55,003 bases of DNA, taken from positions 1 through 55,003 of the forward strand of contig PATC01000024.1 of the NCBI GenBank assembly GCA_002712285.1, given 5' to 3'. The stretch comes from Methanobacteriota archaeon (lineage in GTDB: Archaea > Thermoplasmatota > Poseidoniia > Poseidoniales > Thalassarchaeaceae). Of the stretch, positions 8,701 to 18,800 are shown piece by piece. The position numbers and the translations under genes are program-made. Positions within the stretch are counted from its first letter, which is position 1. The number at the start of each line of letters is the position of its first letter. The notes below the pieces were generated by a model, which saw only the letters and a list, made by a program, of their open reading frames with translations, had not been told where the DNA came from and searched no databases.

Positions 8701-10569
8701 TCCATAACATATTCTTGGACCGTCGAGATATACAACGAATTGCCCCATCCTGCCATCCAAGTTTCTCGTGATAGTGATTTATCCTCATCTCTCGTGACTC
8801 TCGATGCCCTAGGAACCACAGATCCTGAAGGAGATTCGATAGTCTATAGATTCCATTCCTCAATCGATGGTGATCTCTTAACGTCCCGTTCAGCACATCT
8901 ACTCACTGAGACTTCTGCCCCGCCTGATGGTATGTGGGTAGGCCATCTTTCTCCTGGCGTACACACAATTACTCTCGGCGTAGGCGATTCCTATGCTGGG
9001 CACATAGGGCAGGAGGCCTTGTTGAATATCCTACTCACGGTTAACAACACCCCCTCGGTCGCAATCATCGATTCTCCATTGACTGGAATGACTACGGATT
9101 CTGCAGAATTGATTCGCTTCAATGGTAGCGGTTCTGGCGACTGGGATATGACCTGTCCTGACGAATCATTCGTTGTCCTTGTCTGTAATGGATACGAGGG
9201 CCAAGGTGGCGATTTAGTTAGTGTTCTCTGGACTTCTAACTTACTTGCTGAGCCTCTGGGTAGCGATTGGATTCTCGATACGCGATTACCTGCAGGGATT
9301 CATGATGTCACATTGTCTATTGATGATGGTTCAGGCTCCCCAGTAAGAGCCATGGTAAGAATCGAAGTGAGTGCTAGCGCACCCATTATGATTCTCGATT
9401 CACCCATTCCTGGAATCAGTGTATCTAGTGATGGACCGGTACTCTTTGATTTCCGTAACTCCTTCGATCCAGATGGCGATAACTTCACTGTGACAATTAT
9501 GAGCGATTTGCACGCTGATCCGATTCTTGAGAACGGTACAATCGATTATTGGTACAACGATTATCTTGTGTCTGGCGACCATACCTTGACCTTCACCTTG
9601 GAAGACGAAACTGGCGCAGTCCGAATCTATCAACAATCCCTTCGTGTAGATCCATCAGCTCCAGTTGCAGTCATCGGAAATATTACCGAAGGAACTTACG
9701 CTCCACCGGGTGCGTCACTTGAATTCATAGGCGCAGAATCATACGATTATGATGATGACATTATTCGTTACGAGTGGAGAATCGATGCCCCTATGGGAAC
9801 GGTTGTTTCAACACAACCGAATCTAACATATGAGCCGTTGCCAGGGATTCACCTAATTCATCTCACAGTAATTGATTCACTTGGGAGTATCAGCACCGAT
9901 ATGGTCAACATCACTGCTGGCTCGAGTTCACCGATGTTGGGTTCACTTTCTTATGACCCGAAGATTATCCGTGCTGATGAAACTACAGATGTCATCATCA
10001 CTGTCGTACTTGATGATCCAGATCGAACAACAGGGCAGGTTCAGGCTCGGATTGCTAAGGATGGTCTTGGCTCTACAGTCCAACTTAATGACAATGGAAC
10101 TGGAGTAGATGAGGTAGCCGGTGATGGTATCTGGTCTGGTTCAGTATTGTGGACTCCGAACGGTGGAGGCTACGCGCGTCTTGAGGCATGGGCGACTGAT
10201 GGAGACACCGTGTCTCCTACAGTTGCGATTACAATCAATGTAGAGGGGGCGCTTGATTCTGGTGGTCTTCTTGAGGAACTTAGTGGCGATTTAACCACCA
10301 TAATTGGAGGTGTGATAATTGTAGTAATTCTTCTTGGTGGATTAATCATGTTCAATCGTAGACGTGCACTTGCTCGTGATCTTGAAATGATTGAGTCATG
10401 GGGAGGTACTCCTGCAAGTGCTAAGGCTGGATGGGATGCTACAACTGAGGTTAGTGCAGCAGATACGGCAATGTCTACAATGAATGCAGATGTAATGGAC
10501 ACATCTGATTCAGTAGAGGACGCAGCCAGTAAGATGCGTGGTAGTGATCTCGACTGGGACAATGTTTGA
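5749..10569 (+). CDS. Large surface protein: parallel beta-helix, PKD/Ig-like repeats and C-terminal TM anchor
   Basis: Signal peptide; beta-helix repeats; PKD-like motifs (FNATESWDLE, LDALGTTDPEGD, ESYDYDDDIIRYEW); LNDNGTGVDEVAGDGIWSG motif; TM followed by RRR. Start is 5749 or 5725. Confidence 0.8.
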   Translation: MSGKACLLVALFLTASWIGVFQPEELDFEENREQIFVQSRAVTTWSGTVQLTSSYTVSSGDELRIQPGTTIEMSLGARLYVDGRLSVLGNDVSPVLITSGISTQSHEGLQFNTTSNGFGSVVRNLTIQNADYGVTIYGSNPLLDNLTILDPDYVGVDLFSSATPTITNLHIDEAGQDLHGFANTWRYGLGLSIGAGSAPVVTGLQVNDAITRGINVWGGSGGLIRDTHIHNVSLATQSISAGVWVEDSILLFQNLTVNRSDHGVYVRHITETGVTRPTFRDTVVENSMYVGVFVERYNHSLYANIPMNAQFEGLTVRGTGGPNAKASGLCTAALNINTSGVYIENALIENNDCIGFRGYMMGSSTTVRNLTVNGSGKVGASDPNLGSGIYLRSVNWAPTFDDISVSDAATNGIHLRKSSLRGTNWSVDNSSRVGLYIRESHPEVEGITVEDNGLNGVHIFDANNVLLENVISARNGGSASGVSDGVGYFYEESNTLTAPTKDVTCRTCTSIDDAQGGVMLSSSIDVVLENHTIVTPAGIGPALRVDNSGLTRTGVVTIRGMSIHQEESSTHAVSIGSSDASINGLNLQGNHSGMFWTGTGTSGLASSLSSSTLGGPNCLSLTAHSALSITSSDISACTGAMTIQSSIVSFDGMLDSSHLSLNQPGVSTTSHVEWISSGAPPALNLGGTAQFDRMWRVHTWAVNQNGFGLPNAEVNLSFDHTESDVTETLPYAGNMVLGPFVGMRTDALGSTSVNEFWTGCLYASVRNDTGPTALNNDLNVICEIVLPDQAPLIIWSTPVDEEVFPSGGEVVFNATESWDLESQALTFTWMSNIDGDLHQACSSSSGDNGSNLIVNDQIPACFSDGNHDITLEVCDTSFNCANETRSIELTNLPPSISMALDPPADATNRILLARTEVLHLNASASIDPEGMPFTTSLDVSFSNWADDPGDCMAPSCPLEYNVSFEDSPSDIFDLVFVIGDGLNPSITYSWTVEIYNELPHPAIQVSRDSDLSSSLVTLDALGTTDPEGDSIVYRFHSSIDGDLLTSRSAHLLTETSAPPDGMWVGHLSPGVHTITLGVGDSYAGHIGQEALLNILLTVNNTPSVAIIDSPLTGMTTDSAELIRFNGSGSGDWDMTCPDESFVVLVCNGYEGQGGDLVSVLWTSNLLAEPLGSDWILDTRLPAGIHDVTLSIDDGSGSPVRAMVRIEVSASAPIMILDSPIPGISVSSDGPVLFDFRNSFDPDGDNFTVTIMSDLHADPILENGTIDYWYNDYLVSGDHTLTFTLEDETGAVRIYQQSLRVDPSAPVAVIGNITEGTYAPPGASLEFIGAESYDYDDDIIRYEWRIDAPMGTVVSTQPNLTYEPLPGIHLIHLTVIDSLGSISTDMVNITAGSSSPMLGSLSYDPKIIRADETTDVIITVVLDDPDRTTGQVQARIAKDGLGSTVQLNDNGTGVDEVAGDGIWSGSVLWTPNGGGYARLEAWATDGDTVSPTVAITINVEGALDSGGLLEELSGDLTTIIGGVIIVVILLGGLIMFNRRRALARDLEMIESWGGTPASAKAGWDATTEVSAADTAMSTMNADVMDTSDSVEDAASKMRGSDLDWDNV

Positions 10570-11298
10570 TTATGGTCCCCATTCGGTCTTCGTTCGATTA
10601 ATTCCGAATCTCTTAGCGAAAAGGAAACGGAAATTGAGCCAACCATCACCCCACGTGTTAATTTCAGCATCACCGACACGGACACGGTATGGAACGCTTA
10701 CTTCGATCGCCTTCTTTTTTCCGAAAACACGTCGAGCATTAATTTTCATTTCTTCCGACAGAGGCATCCCATCGTGTGTTGGTCGCATCTTGTCATCCTC
10801 CATGATATTCTTCCAGAAAACCCACATTCCACTTTGTGAATCATGGATACCATACCAGAACAGCATTCTAGCTGTGACCGATAATCCCCAGTTACCAAAT
10901 CCATGTAACCCTGACATAGCGCCCTTTTCAGCACGACGTAGTCGATCACATGTGATGAATTTGAGATCCTCTTCAACGAGTTTTCGAACCAATCCGGGGA
11001 CTTCTTCTCCAGGATAGGTACAGTCTGCATCCATTGTGACAATAATTTCGCCAGGAGCCATTGCGAAACCGGTTCTGTAAGCCCGGCCGTAACCTCTCCG
11101 TTCCTCAAGATATACTGTAGCTCCCTCACTTTCTGCAAGTTCACGAGTTCGGTCTGTTGAATTCCCATCGATGACCAGGAAGTCTAGTTTCTCGCACCAC
11201 CCATCGTTGGGTACGGAACGAATCGTGTCGATAATTGCAGCTTCTTCGTTTCGGGTCGGAATGACGACCGTGACATGAACAGGTAGCGTTTCACCCAT
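10570..11298 (-). CDS. Glycosyltransferase family 2 (dolichol-phosphate glycosyltransferase-like)
   Basis: VVIPTRNEE, VIDGNSTDRT, GYGRA, DxD motif (MDADCTY), DSQSG, YRVRVG. Confidence 0.92.
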   Translation of the reverse strand: MGETLPVHVTVVIPTRNEEAAIIDTIRSVPNDGWCEKLDFLVIDGNSTDRTRELAESEGATVYLEERRGYGRAYRTGFAMAPGEIIVTMDADCTYPGEEVPGLVRKLVEEDLKFITCDRLRRAEKGAMSGLHGFGNWGLSVTARMLFWYGIHDSQSGMWVFWKNIMEDDKMRPTHDGMPLSEEMKINARRVFGKKKAIEVSVPYRVRVGDAEINTWGDGWLNFRFLFAKRFGINRTKTEWGP

Positions 11299-11407
11299 GA
11301 ATTGCGGGTTCAGTGTTTTGATTTGAATGCATTCCATTCCTAAATCACTTCAAACTCTTTGGTTAATCTTCCACACAACTGATTTACACGGGGACATTTG
11401 TGAAGTC

Positions 11408-13843
11408 ATGATGGGGCACCTCATTGTGGACCGTTCCGCCGGCGTCGGCCGGAGTAAGGCGCCCCTCCGTCATTCCATTTTGTCACGTTTTTCAGCGTCC
11501 GCATTACTTCTCTGTCTTCTGGTTTCTTTACTTCCAACGGCAATTGCAGATGATGATTGGAGTACTGCAAATGTTCTCACTGATGGGAGCAGTTCTTCGG
11601 ACGCGGTAGATCATGACGGAGATTCAACCGATTGGTGGACGATTGACATTTTGAATGGCGATCGCCTTGAGATTGATGTAACCTCACCAACAGGAGATTA
11701 TGGCTTCGATTTGTTCGGATGTTTTGGGACCGATCATTGGGAGGGTAAGGTGCAAATCTGGGATGCCCAAGATGTCAATGGAGTAATGGAACGTGATCAG
11801 AAGCATTTTGATCAGGACTTCTCTAGCAGTGGTTCTGCAAGTATATCTGCTCTAGTGAACCCTTCCTCTTCTGACTGGGGGTCCCATACTGGCCCCACAA
11901 CATGGTACATCATGGTGAAGTCACTTTCTACATGTGCTCGTGATGATTTTGATTATACAATCAGTCCCTCTGTTGATACCACGAATCGAGATACTGATGA
12001 GGACGGTTTTGTAAATTCAGAGGATGATTGTGATGATGTTCAAGGAACATCAACTGAGGACCGTAAGGGATGCCCCGATGGTGATTCTGATGGATGGTCC
12101 GATACGGGAGATCGTTTCCCGACTGATGGTACACAGTGGAGCGATGGTGACGGCGATGGATATGGCGACAATCCGGCTCCTGCAACTATGCCCGATCATT
12201 GCCCACAGTACTTTGGGAACTCAGATCAGGATAGATACGGCTGTCGAGATTCCGATGCAGATGGTTGGTCTGATCCGGACCCAACCGCAATTTTCTCGAC
12301 CGAGTCATGGAATGTTTCTGATGGTGCGGATGCTTTCGAATTTGATCCGACTCAATGGTCGGACTATGACCTCGATGGATATGGTGATAATTGGGATAAT
12401 ATCGACTGGAATGCTAGTAGAGCAGAGGCCGGTGTTGGAGTATTCTATGAAGGCGCTACTGAGCCTGATGCTTGTCCACTGAGGTGGGGTAGCTCTATGG
12501 AAGACCGTATTGGCTGTCCTGATTCAGATGGAGATGGTTGGTCAGATTCTGATACATCATGGGGAGCAGAGAATGGCTCAGATGCTTTCCCTAATGATGC
12601 CACTCAGTGGGCTGACCGTGATTTGGATGGTTACGGCGACAATTTAGAAGGAAATTCTCCAGATGCTTTCCCAGATAATCCATCTCAATGGGACGACAGT
12701 GATGGCGATGGTTGGGGTGATAACCAAGGTCTTGGAGCAACACAGGTGGATTATTTCCCATCTGAACCTAGCCAATGGGCAGATATGGATTCAGATGGAT
12801 ATGGTGACAATTCCAGTGGTCTAAATCCAGATGCTTGTATGGATCGTGCTGGGACTTCTACAATGGATCGTTATGGTTGTCCTGATGCCGATGGCGATGG
12901 ATACAGTAATCCTGATGAGGATTGGCCTGCTCATCCTAGTGGATTTGCGGATGCCTTCAATGATCAAGCTAGTCAATGGGCCGACACAGATGGCGATGGA
13001 TACGGAGACAATCAATCTGAATCTGCTTGGAGACCCGACGCTTGCAAAGTAACTGTAGGGACATCAACAATTGATCGATGGGGTTGTCCGGATTCAGATG
13101 GCGATGGAGCCAGCGATCCTCAGGTTGATTCTGGCTGGCTTTCTCATCCATCTGGTCTTGCTGATGCTTTCCCAGACGACCACACTCAGTGGCGAGATCT
13201 CGATGGTGATGGTTACGGTGACGAACCAACTGGTACTAATCCAGATCGATGCAGAGAGACACCGGGTACGAGTCAAGATGACCGGTATGGCTGTCCTGAT
13301 ACCGATGGCGATGGTTGGAGCGATTTAGGAGATCGCTTCCCGAATGATGTGACACAGTGGGAAGATGCAGATGGTGATACTTACGGTGACAATCCTGACG
13401 GCAATATGCCCGATTCTTGTCCAAACGCTCCACTATCTGCTGGAGTCAGTCTGCTAGATCGACTTGGTTGCCCAGACACAGATAATGACGGCTACAGTGA
13501 TCCCGATGACGAATGGGGGGCAAGTCCGAATGGAACGGCGGATGCTTTCCCTAGAATCCGTGTTCAGTGGGCAGATGCGGATGGTGATGGATTTGGGGAT
13601 AATGCAATCGGTTCACTCCGTGATAATTGTCCGAATACACCGGGTTCTTCCACCATCGATTTACAGGGTTGTCCTGATGGTGATGGCGACGGGTACTCTG
13701 ATGAGTTTGGCTTCACAAACGCCCAACTAATGCTGATGGCTTCCAATCCAACAGCTTCCTTGTTCACGTATCTTATTCCCTTCACAATGTTCGCTCTGAC
13801 ATTATTTGTGATGATCATTGGTCGTAGAAGAGGTGATCCATGA
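11408..13843 (+). CDS. Secreted/membrane-anchored thrombospondin type-3 (Ca-binding) repeat protein
   Basis: Signal-like hydrophobic stretch; many DAFP..xQWxDxDGDGYGDN and DRxGCPDxDGDG repeats; C-terminal TM followed by RRR. Start is uncertain. Confidence 0.85.
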   Translation: MMGHLIVDRSAGVGRSKAPLRHSILSRFSASALLLCLLVSLLPTAIADDDWSTANVLTDGSSSSDAVDHDGDSTDWWTIDILNGDRLEIDVTSPTGDYGFDLFGCFGTDHWEGKVQIWDAQDVNGVMERDQKHFDQDFSSSGSASISALVNPSSSDWGSHTGPTTWYIMVKSLSTCARDDFDYTISPSVDTTNRDTDEDGFVNSEDDCDDVQGTSTEDRKGCPDGDSDGWSDTGDRFPTDGTQWSDGDGDGYGDNPAPATMPDHCPQYFGNSDQDRYGCRDSDADGWSDPDPTAIFSTESWNVSDGADAFEFDPTQWSDYDLDGYGDNWDNIDWNASRAEAGVGVFYEGATEPDACPLRWGSSMEDRIGCPDSDGDGWSDSDTSWGAENGSDAFPNDATQWADRDLDGYGDNLEGNSPDAFPDNPSQWDDSDGDGWGDNQGLGATQVDYFPSEPSQWADMDSDGYGDNSSGLNPDACMDRAGTSTMDRYGCPDADGDGYSNPDEDWPAHPSGFADAFNDQASQWADTDGDGYGDNQSESAWRPDACKVTVGTSTIDRWGCPDSDGDGASDPQVDSGWLSHPSGLADAFPDDHTQWRDLDGDGYGDEPTGTNPDRCRETPGTSQDDRYGCPDTDGDGWSDLGDRFPNDVTQWEDADGDTYGDNPDGNMPDSCPNAPLSAGVSLLDRLGCPDTDNDGYSDPDDEWGASPNGTADAFPRIRVQWADADGDGFGDNAIGSLRDNCPNTPGSSTIDLQGCPDGDGDGYSDEFGFTNAQLMLMASNPTASLFTYLIPFTMFALTLFVMIIGRRRGDP

Positions 13844-15174
13844 TGCGCCGTGTTCTCATTGCTCTGATTCTTTCAGTTCTTTTACTACCATTATCAGCAA
13901 GCACAGCAATGGCTGATTCCAGTGTAATGCTCAGTGAGAGCCGTGTAGATCCAATGGATTTAGACAACGATGGAGAGGCCGATATGCTTCGTGTAATTTA
14001 CGCTGTTAACGCATCCGCTGCATCAAGTGCAGGCATTCAGGTCGTTGCCGAAACTGGACGTCTTGTACTACCATTTTGGAATAATCTAACTCTTGCTCCG
14101 GGAGATACTCAGTTTGGTTCAATCGATATTCAAGCATGGGAGATGGCGAGTTATACGCTACATCTTCGAGTGTGGGATCATGATATGGAAGTCATTGTTT
14201 ACGAGGAACTTCTCGGAACTTACGATTTGACAGCCGCACTGAATCCACCAGCCCTAGACCTTCAGTTCCAGGGAAGATCCGAGGTATTCACGGGTGAAGC
14301 ATGTTCCATCGTACGAACATTCTCTGATGAAGTAGGAGAGCATTATGATGAGATGGGAGTCGTTTCCTTGACAGGGGTCCCATGGCAGGTGTTGAATGAT
14401 ACTGCTCCAATCGATTGCAGCGGATGGCCAGCAGGAGATTATACGGTATCCATGCAGTATACTAACGGCCTTGGTTTCGGGGCCTCAACATCTCTTGATG
14501 TAACTATTCTGAATCATCCAGCGCCCGCTTTTGAGCTAATTGTAACTGGGGACAATGAGAGAATGGGTACTGGTTGTGCTGTTGAAGCCGTGATTGATGA
14601 GAATTCCACATCCATGCTCACTTATGCTTGGACTGTAACTGATCCGAGGGGCCAGCAGACTGAGACCTCAAATATCAACGACATTGATTGTGGTCTTTGG
14701 GTGCCAGGCGTGCATAAGATTCGTGTAATTGCGACAAATGCACAGATGCAGGCGACTGAAATGGGTGTTAATTTAGTACGTCTCCCTCCAATTGATTCCA
14801 ATGATCCTACGCTCGGGAACATAACAGATGATGGGACCTGGCCGGATGCTTCCAGTGGAGATGATTACGAGCCGGTTCCACTGTTCATGAATGTGGAAGC
14901 TTCGGCTGGGGCTATTGCTGGCGGAGGTGTTCTGATTGGAATCTTGCTTGGTGTGTTTGTTGGTCTTGTAATGCGCCGAAGCCCTCGCGATTCAATGAGT
15001 TCCCTTGAGGAGGGTATTCTTGCACCTCCTCCTGAGATTGATTCAGCGGATGAACCCACAGATGAGTTGCCGACTTATACCGACCCACAAGGAATTACCT
15101 GGCGTCAACATCCGGATGGTCGTATGGATTGGTGGGATGGGACTCAGGCGGCTTGGGTTCCGTTTGAAGGCTGA
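13840..15174 (+). CDS. Type-I membrane protein with Ig-like ectodomain and cytoplasmic WW-like module
   Basis: ATGA overlap with the upstream stop; signal peptide; Gly-rich TM; C-terminal YTDPQGITWRQHPDGRMDWWDG. Confidence 0.75.
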   Translation: MMRRVLIALILSVLLLPLSASTAMADSSVMLSESRVDPMDLDNDGEADMLRVIYAVNASAASSAGIQVVAETGRLVLPFWNNLTLAPGDTQFGSIDIQAWEMASYTLHLRVWDHDMEVIVYEELLGTYDLTAALNPPALDLQFQGRSEVFTGEACSIVRTFSDEVGEHYDEMGVVSLTGVPWQVLNDTAPIDCSGWPAGDYTVSMQYTNGLGFGASTSLDVTILNHPAPAFELIVTGDNERMGTGCAVEAVIDENSTSMLTYAWTVTDPRGQQTETSNINDIDCGLWVPGVHKIRVIATNAQMQATEMGVNLVRLPPIDSNDPTLGNITDDGTWPDASSGDDYEPVPLFMNVEASAGAIAGGGVLIGILLGVFVGLVMRRSPRDSMSSLEEGILAPPPEIDSADEPTDELPTYTDPQGITWRQHPDGRMDWWDGTQAAWVPFEG

Positions 15175-15764
15175 TTCATACCTACAAACACTAAGATGTT
15201 TGATTCACTCTTAATCGTGAAACTTACCTCTTTTGTGATATTCGAAAGACCTCTCGTACCCGGCTCAAGATCCCCATTAATTTCCCATTCTAATCCCGAG
15301 GTCTGAACTTTGGTGGGGGCGTTTGTGAAAATGGATACCTCGGTTCCAACTGGTGCAACTATATCCATTGGATTTTTTTGATTAACACGGAAAGCGAGCA
15401 TGTCAGAATGAATCATCTGTATCTGAAGTGCGGAATCAGCAGTCATCACGGCGGCGATATTGGCTATCTCCATATCTGGACGTCCTCCACGCATCCCGAT
15501 GATTGTGATATTGGTCCAACCTCGATCTAAGCAGAAACTCAATGCCTTCTGCAGATCATTTTTCTCTTGTGAAGGAAGTTCAATGAATTCCGCATTTGGA
15601 TGACGCATTCGATTGACTGAATCAAGATCTCCAATAATCAAACTGCACTCTATACCGAAATCAAGAGCATTGTCAGCCCCAGAATCCACGCCGATTGAAA
15701 GAGAATGTGGAGGTACATGGATTTCGCCCCAATCCTTCCCGGGTAAACAGAGGAGTGTTGTCAT
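15144..15764 (-). CDS. thiN: Thiamine pyrophosphokinase
   Basis: GVDSGA, IIGDLDSV, QEKNDLQKAL, GGRPD, GLEW..GLSN. Likely start is MTTLL at 15764. Confidence 0.88.
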   Translation of the reverse strand: MTTLLCLPGKDWGEIHVPPHSLSIGVDSGADNALDFGIECSLIIGDLDSVNRMRHPNAEFIELPSQEKNDLQKALSFCLDRGWTNITIIGMRGGRPDMEIANIAAVMTADSALQIQMIHSDMLAFRVNQKNPMDIVAPVGTEVSIFTNAPTKVQTSGLEWEINGDLEPGTRGLSNITKEVSFTIKSESNILVFVGMNQPSNGTQAA

Positions 15765-15876
15765 GTATCGAACCAGAGGTCCTACGCCTTGATTTATCCG
15801 ATGAAGAGGCGTCAAGGCTGAACCCTTTAGGACATGGATGGGAGTAGACGCACTGTGGCCGTGCGGCCATACGGCG

Positions 15877-18800
15877 GTGAAAGTGGTGAAGGGGCGTCTT
15901 CTCGTTCTTCTGATGTTACTGTCTGTGCTTTCCCCAATCGCCCAGCCACCTTCTGCTCTAGAGGATGAATCATCGCATAGTGCAACAATCCAAGCTCCAC
16001 TCCCGACGAATGAGTGGGGCGAGGAATTAGCAGGTGAGGATATCACTCATCTCGGAGTTGATTGGACAGTTCAATCAACACGGTCTCTCAGAGAGTTCGA
16101 TGTTCTCCATTTGCTCGATAGGGGAGATACTACCCATTCGGATGATTATTCGGACCTTGACATGGTTCTCGATCGCTTTGGTGGCGTGCATGCATGTGTA
16201 CACAACGGAACCTCGGGTTCGTTGGAGTATTTCCATCTGAATTCGACGGGTATTGTGGTTCGAACCATCGTTGATGATCATGCGACGAATGTTGTAGGAA
16301 AATCCTGTGACATCGAGTTAGATGCTAGAGAGCGTGCTAGGATTGCTTACCTAGATGTCACGACTAACGAGTTGAAGTTTGCAATAGATACGCCACATCA
16401 CTATGTGGATTTTCAGGACTGGCATGTGAGGACAGTGACGGGATTTGGAACTGTTAGCGCTCCTATTGACCTTGTTATTCTCTCTGGAGATGAGGATATT
16501 ACCGGAGGTGCTGGAACGGATTTTGTTCTGTGGATGGAATCTGGTACAAATCACCTACATGCGTCCTACTATACCTCGACTTATTGGGAGCATGAGTCCG
16601 TAATCGAATCTGCAATCGAGGGCTTTTCCGCACGTCAAGAAGGAAATTCAATTCGTATATTGCATGAGGTCTCAGGTTTGATTCGTACTGCTGAATGGCC
16701 TTCGATGAATATGACGAATATCGATGCAGGTGCCTACATAGGGGCGCCTCTAGATGATGCTGGCCAAGGCGACGATATCCAAACGGTGTATGCTGGAGAG
16801 AATGAGACTTTAATCCAATTCGCTCGAAGTTTGAGTGGTCGACGCGAGGGTCGAATCACAATCGATCCTGTTAGCACTATTTCGGATCCAGACGAAAATG
16901 ATACATCTCCAAGATTGAATCAAGGTGATTTCAATTGTGATGGGGTTACTGACATTGTCGTACTTACAGACGATGAGGTCGGCATCTATCATGGACGAAC
17001 GAGTGGTTTGAACTCATTACCAGATTCCACGATTACCCTAAATCTAGGCGATCACTATGCTGATGTTGCTGATATTAACAAAGATGGTTGCGATGATTTG
17101 TTACTTGGAAGTTCGGGAGAGGGTAATGCTGAGATTCATCTCGGATCAATTAGTAGCCTGCAGTTATTTTGGAATCATACTGGAAATGAAGGCTCTGGAT
17201 TTGGAGCGAAGATAGTCCCTATCGGTGACGTGCAGAATGACGGATATGAGGATTGGGCGGTCCTTGCAAGTCAAGAATCAGGTTCAGATTCATCCGTTGG
17301 GCGTATCTACATCTTTCATGGAGGTTCATCACCTCCAACTTCTTCTTCACTTACTTTGACCGGCAGTGGAACGAATCTACAGTATGGTTGGGCAATTGAA
17401 CCCCTTGGCGACATTGATGATGACGGTTTCGATGACATGGTAGTATCCTCAGCTGGAGGGCTAACCGACCTTACTGGATACGGTCGTGTTGATTTGCATA
17501 CTGGTGGGGCGACTGGGCATTCAACATCGCCTGAATCTACATGGACACGAACTCTCCAAGGTACTTTCCTAGGATATTCTATGGGAATCATAGGCGATGT
17601 AAACGGGGATGGCTTCGATGATCTTGGAATCGGTGAGCCTTATGTTGATTCAGCAGGCCCAAGTTCAGTTGGAGCATTACATGTCTTGTTTGGCAGTGCA
17701 TCCGGTTTTGGTAGCAATTACAACCAGACGATTTCTGGCCCATCAGCAGGCTCTCGTTTAGGCGTTCAAATGGCTGCAGCAGGGGATGTAGATCGTGATG
17801 GTTATGATGACGTTTGGGCAATTCGTCCAGGTGTTGGTAACGATGGCGATCTCGCTCTTTTGTGGGGCTCTTCAACTGGCCTTCTTTCTACTCCTCGACT
17901 GTATGAAATGGGCGATCTTTCTGATGTCGTTCGTGTATCTGATTTGGATGATGACGCTCAAGAGGAATGGGTCTTCGTGGGAGAAGGAGATCTTCCTATC
18001 CATGAGCATCTCGATCTTGAGATAGCAAGTATCACAGGTCCTTTTGGACAATCTCAAACTTTCACTTCACTTGATTTGGTGATTGATGGAAGTGAACGTT
18101 CAGTAATTGGTGTTCATACAGATTCTGGTTTCGTTATCTTAGATCGTCCCGATGAATTATTCACATCCACTGGCCAATGGTCCCAGCGCCTCATTTTTGA
18201 TTCTGAGGATGCGGCGATTGACGTTACTGAATCAGGCCGTATTGTAGTTGTGTATGAGTGTAATCAGGGGACACTTTGCTTGGGTCGTGATGTGGGGCAT
18301 ATTGCATCCATAGCGACGATCGAATCGATTGGTGATGCTGGTTCTTCGCCTCAGGCAATCGTTAGTGAAAATGGTGAATTGAGGACTAGTTACATGTTAG
18401 GTAGTTCGCTTATTCGATTCGCAAATGCCACGAATTCGGGCTTCGAAATATCTTCTGGACCTTCACTTGGCTCGTTGAATGGAACTCCGATTGTCGACCT
18501 TGAGCGCAATCTAATGTTTTGGCGAGATGATTCTACATTGATGGCGGCTCAATGGAATTCAAGTGGGTGGGATTCAATCGCTCTCAGTCCTGTAGGGGAA
18601 GCGAACTACTCCCATTTCGATGTAGCGGGAATTTCCTCGTCAAATGAAACCCTCGTAACTTACGTTGCATCGGATGGACTCCGAACATTGAGATTTGACG
18701 CTGATGCTTGGACGATATCGAATGAGACAGTTCACAATCTCTCAGAAATGGATGATTACCTACACTTGCGTACCTTCTCGACGGATTATGGTGAGTCTCT

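Noticed and set aside
11960-13710. Periodic GATGG-rich repeats suggestive of an array (also 19260-21350 and 41750-42720)
   Set aside because: These are degenerate in-frame codons of Asp/Gly-rich Ca-binding protein repeats. There are no identical repeat-spacer units, so this is not CRISPR.
15765-15850. Possible TPP riboswitch upstream of thiN (minus strand GGATAAATCAAGGCGTAGG, short inverted repeat GCCTTGA/TCAAGGC)
   Set aside because: It resembles only the 3' end of the aptamer. The conserved CUGAGA and the P2/P3 arms are absent, and the segment sits where the promoter box is expected. An Rfam covariance search would settle it.
15765-16046. Long N-terminal extensions in the ORF track (thiN; likewise ctaA, TDO, thioesterase, GT2, convertase)
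   Set aside because: Most overlap neighbouring genes or their promoters, and family homology begins at downstream ATGs.
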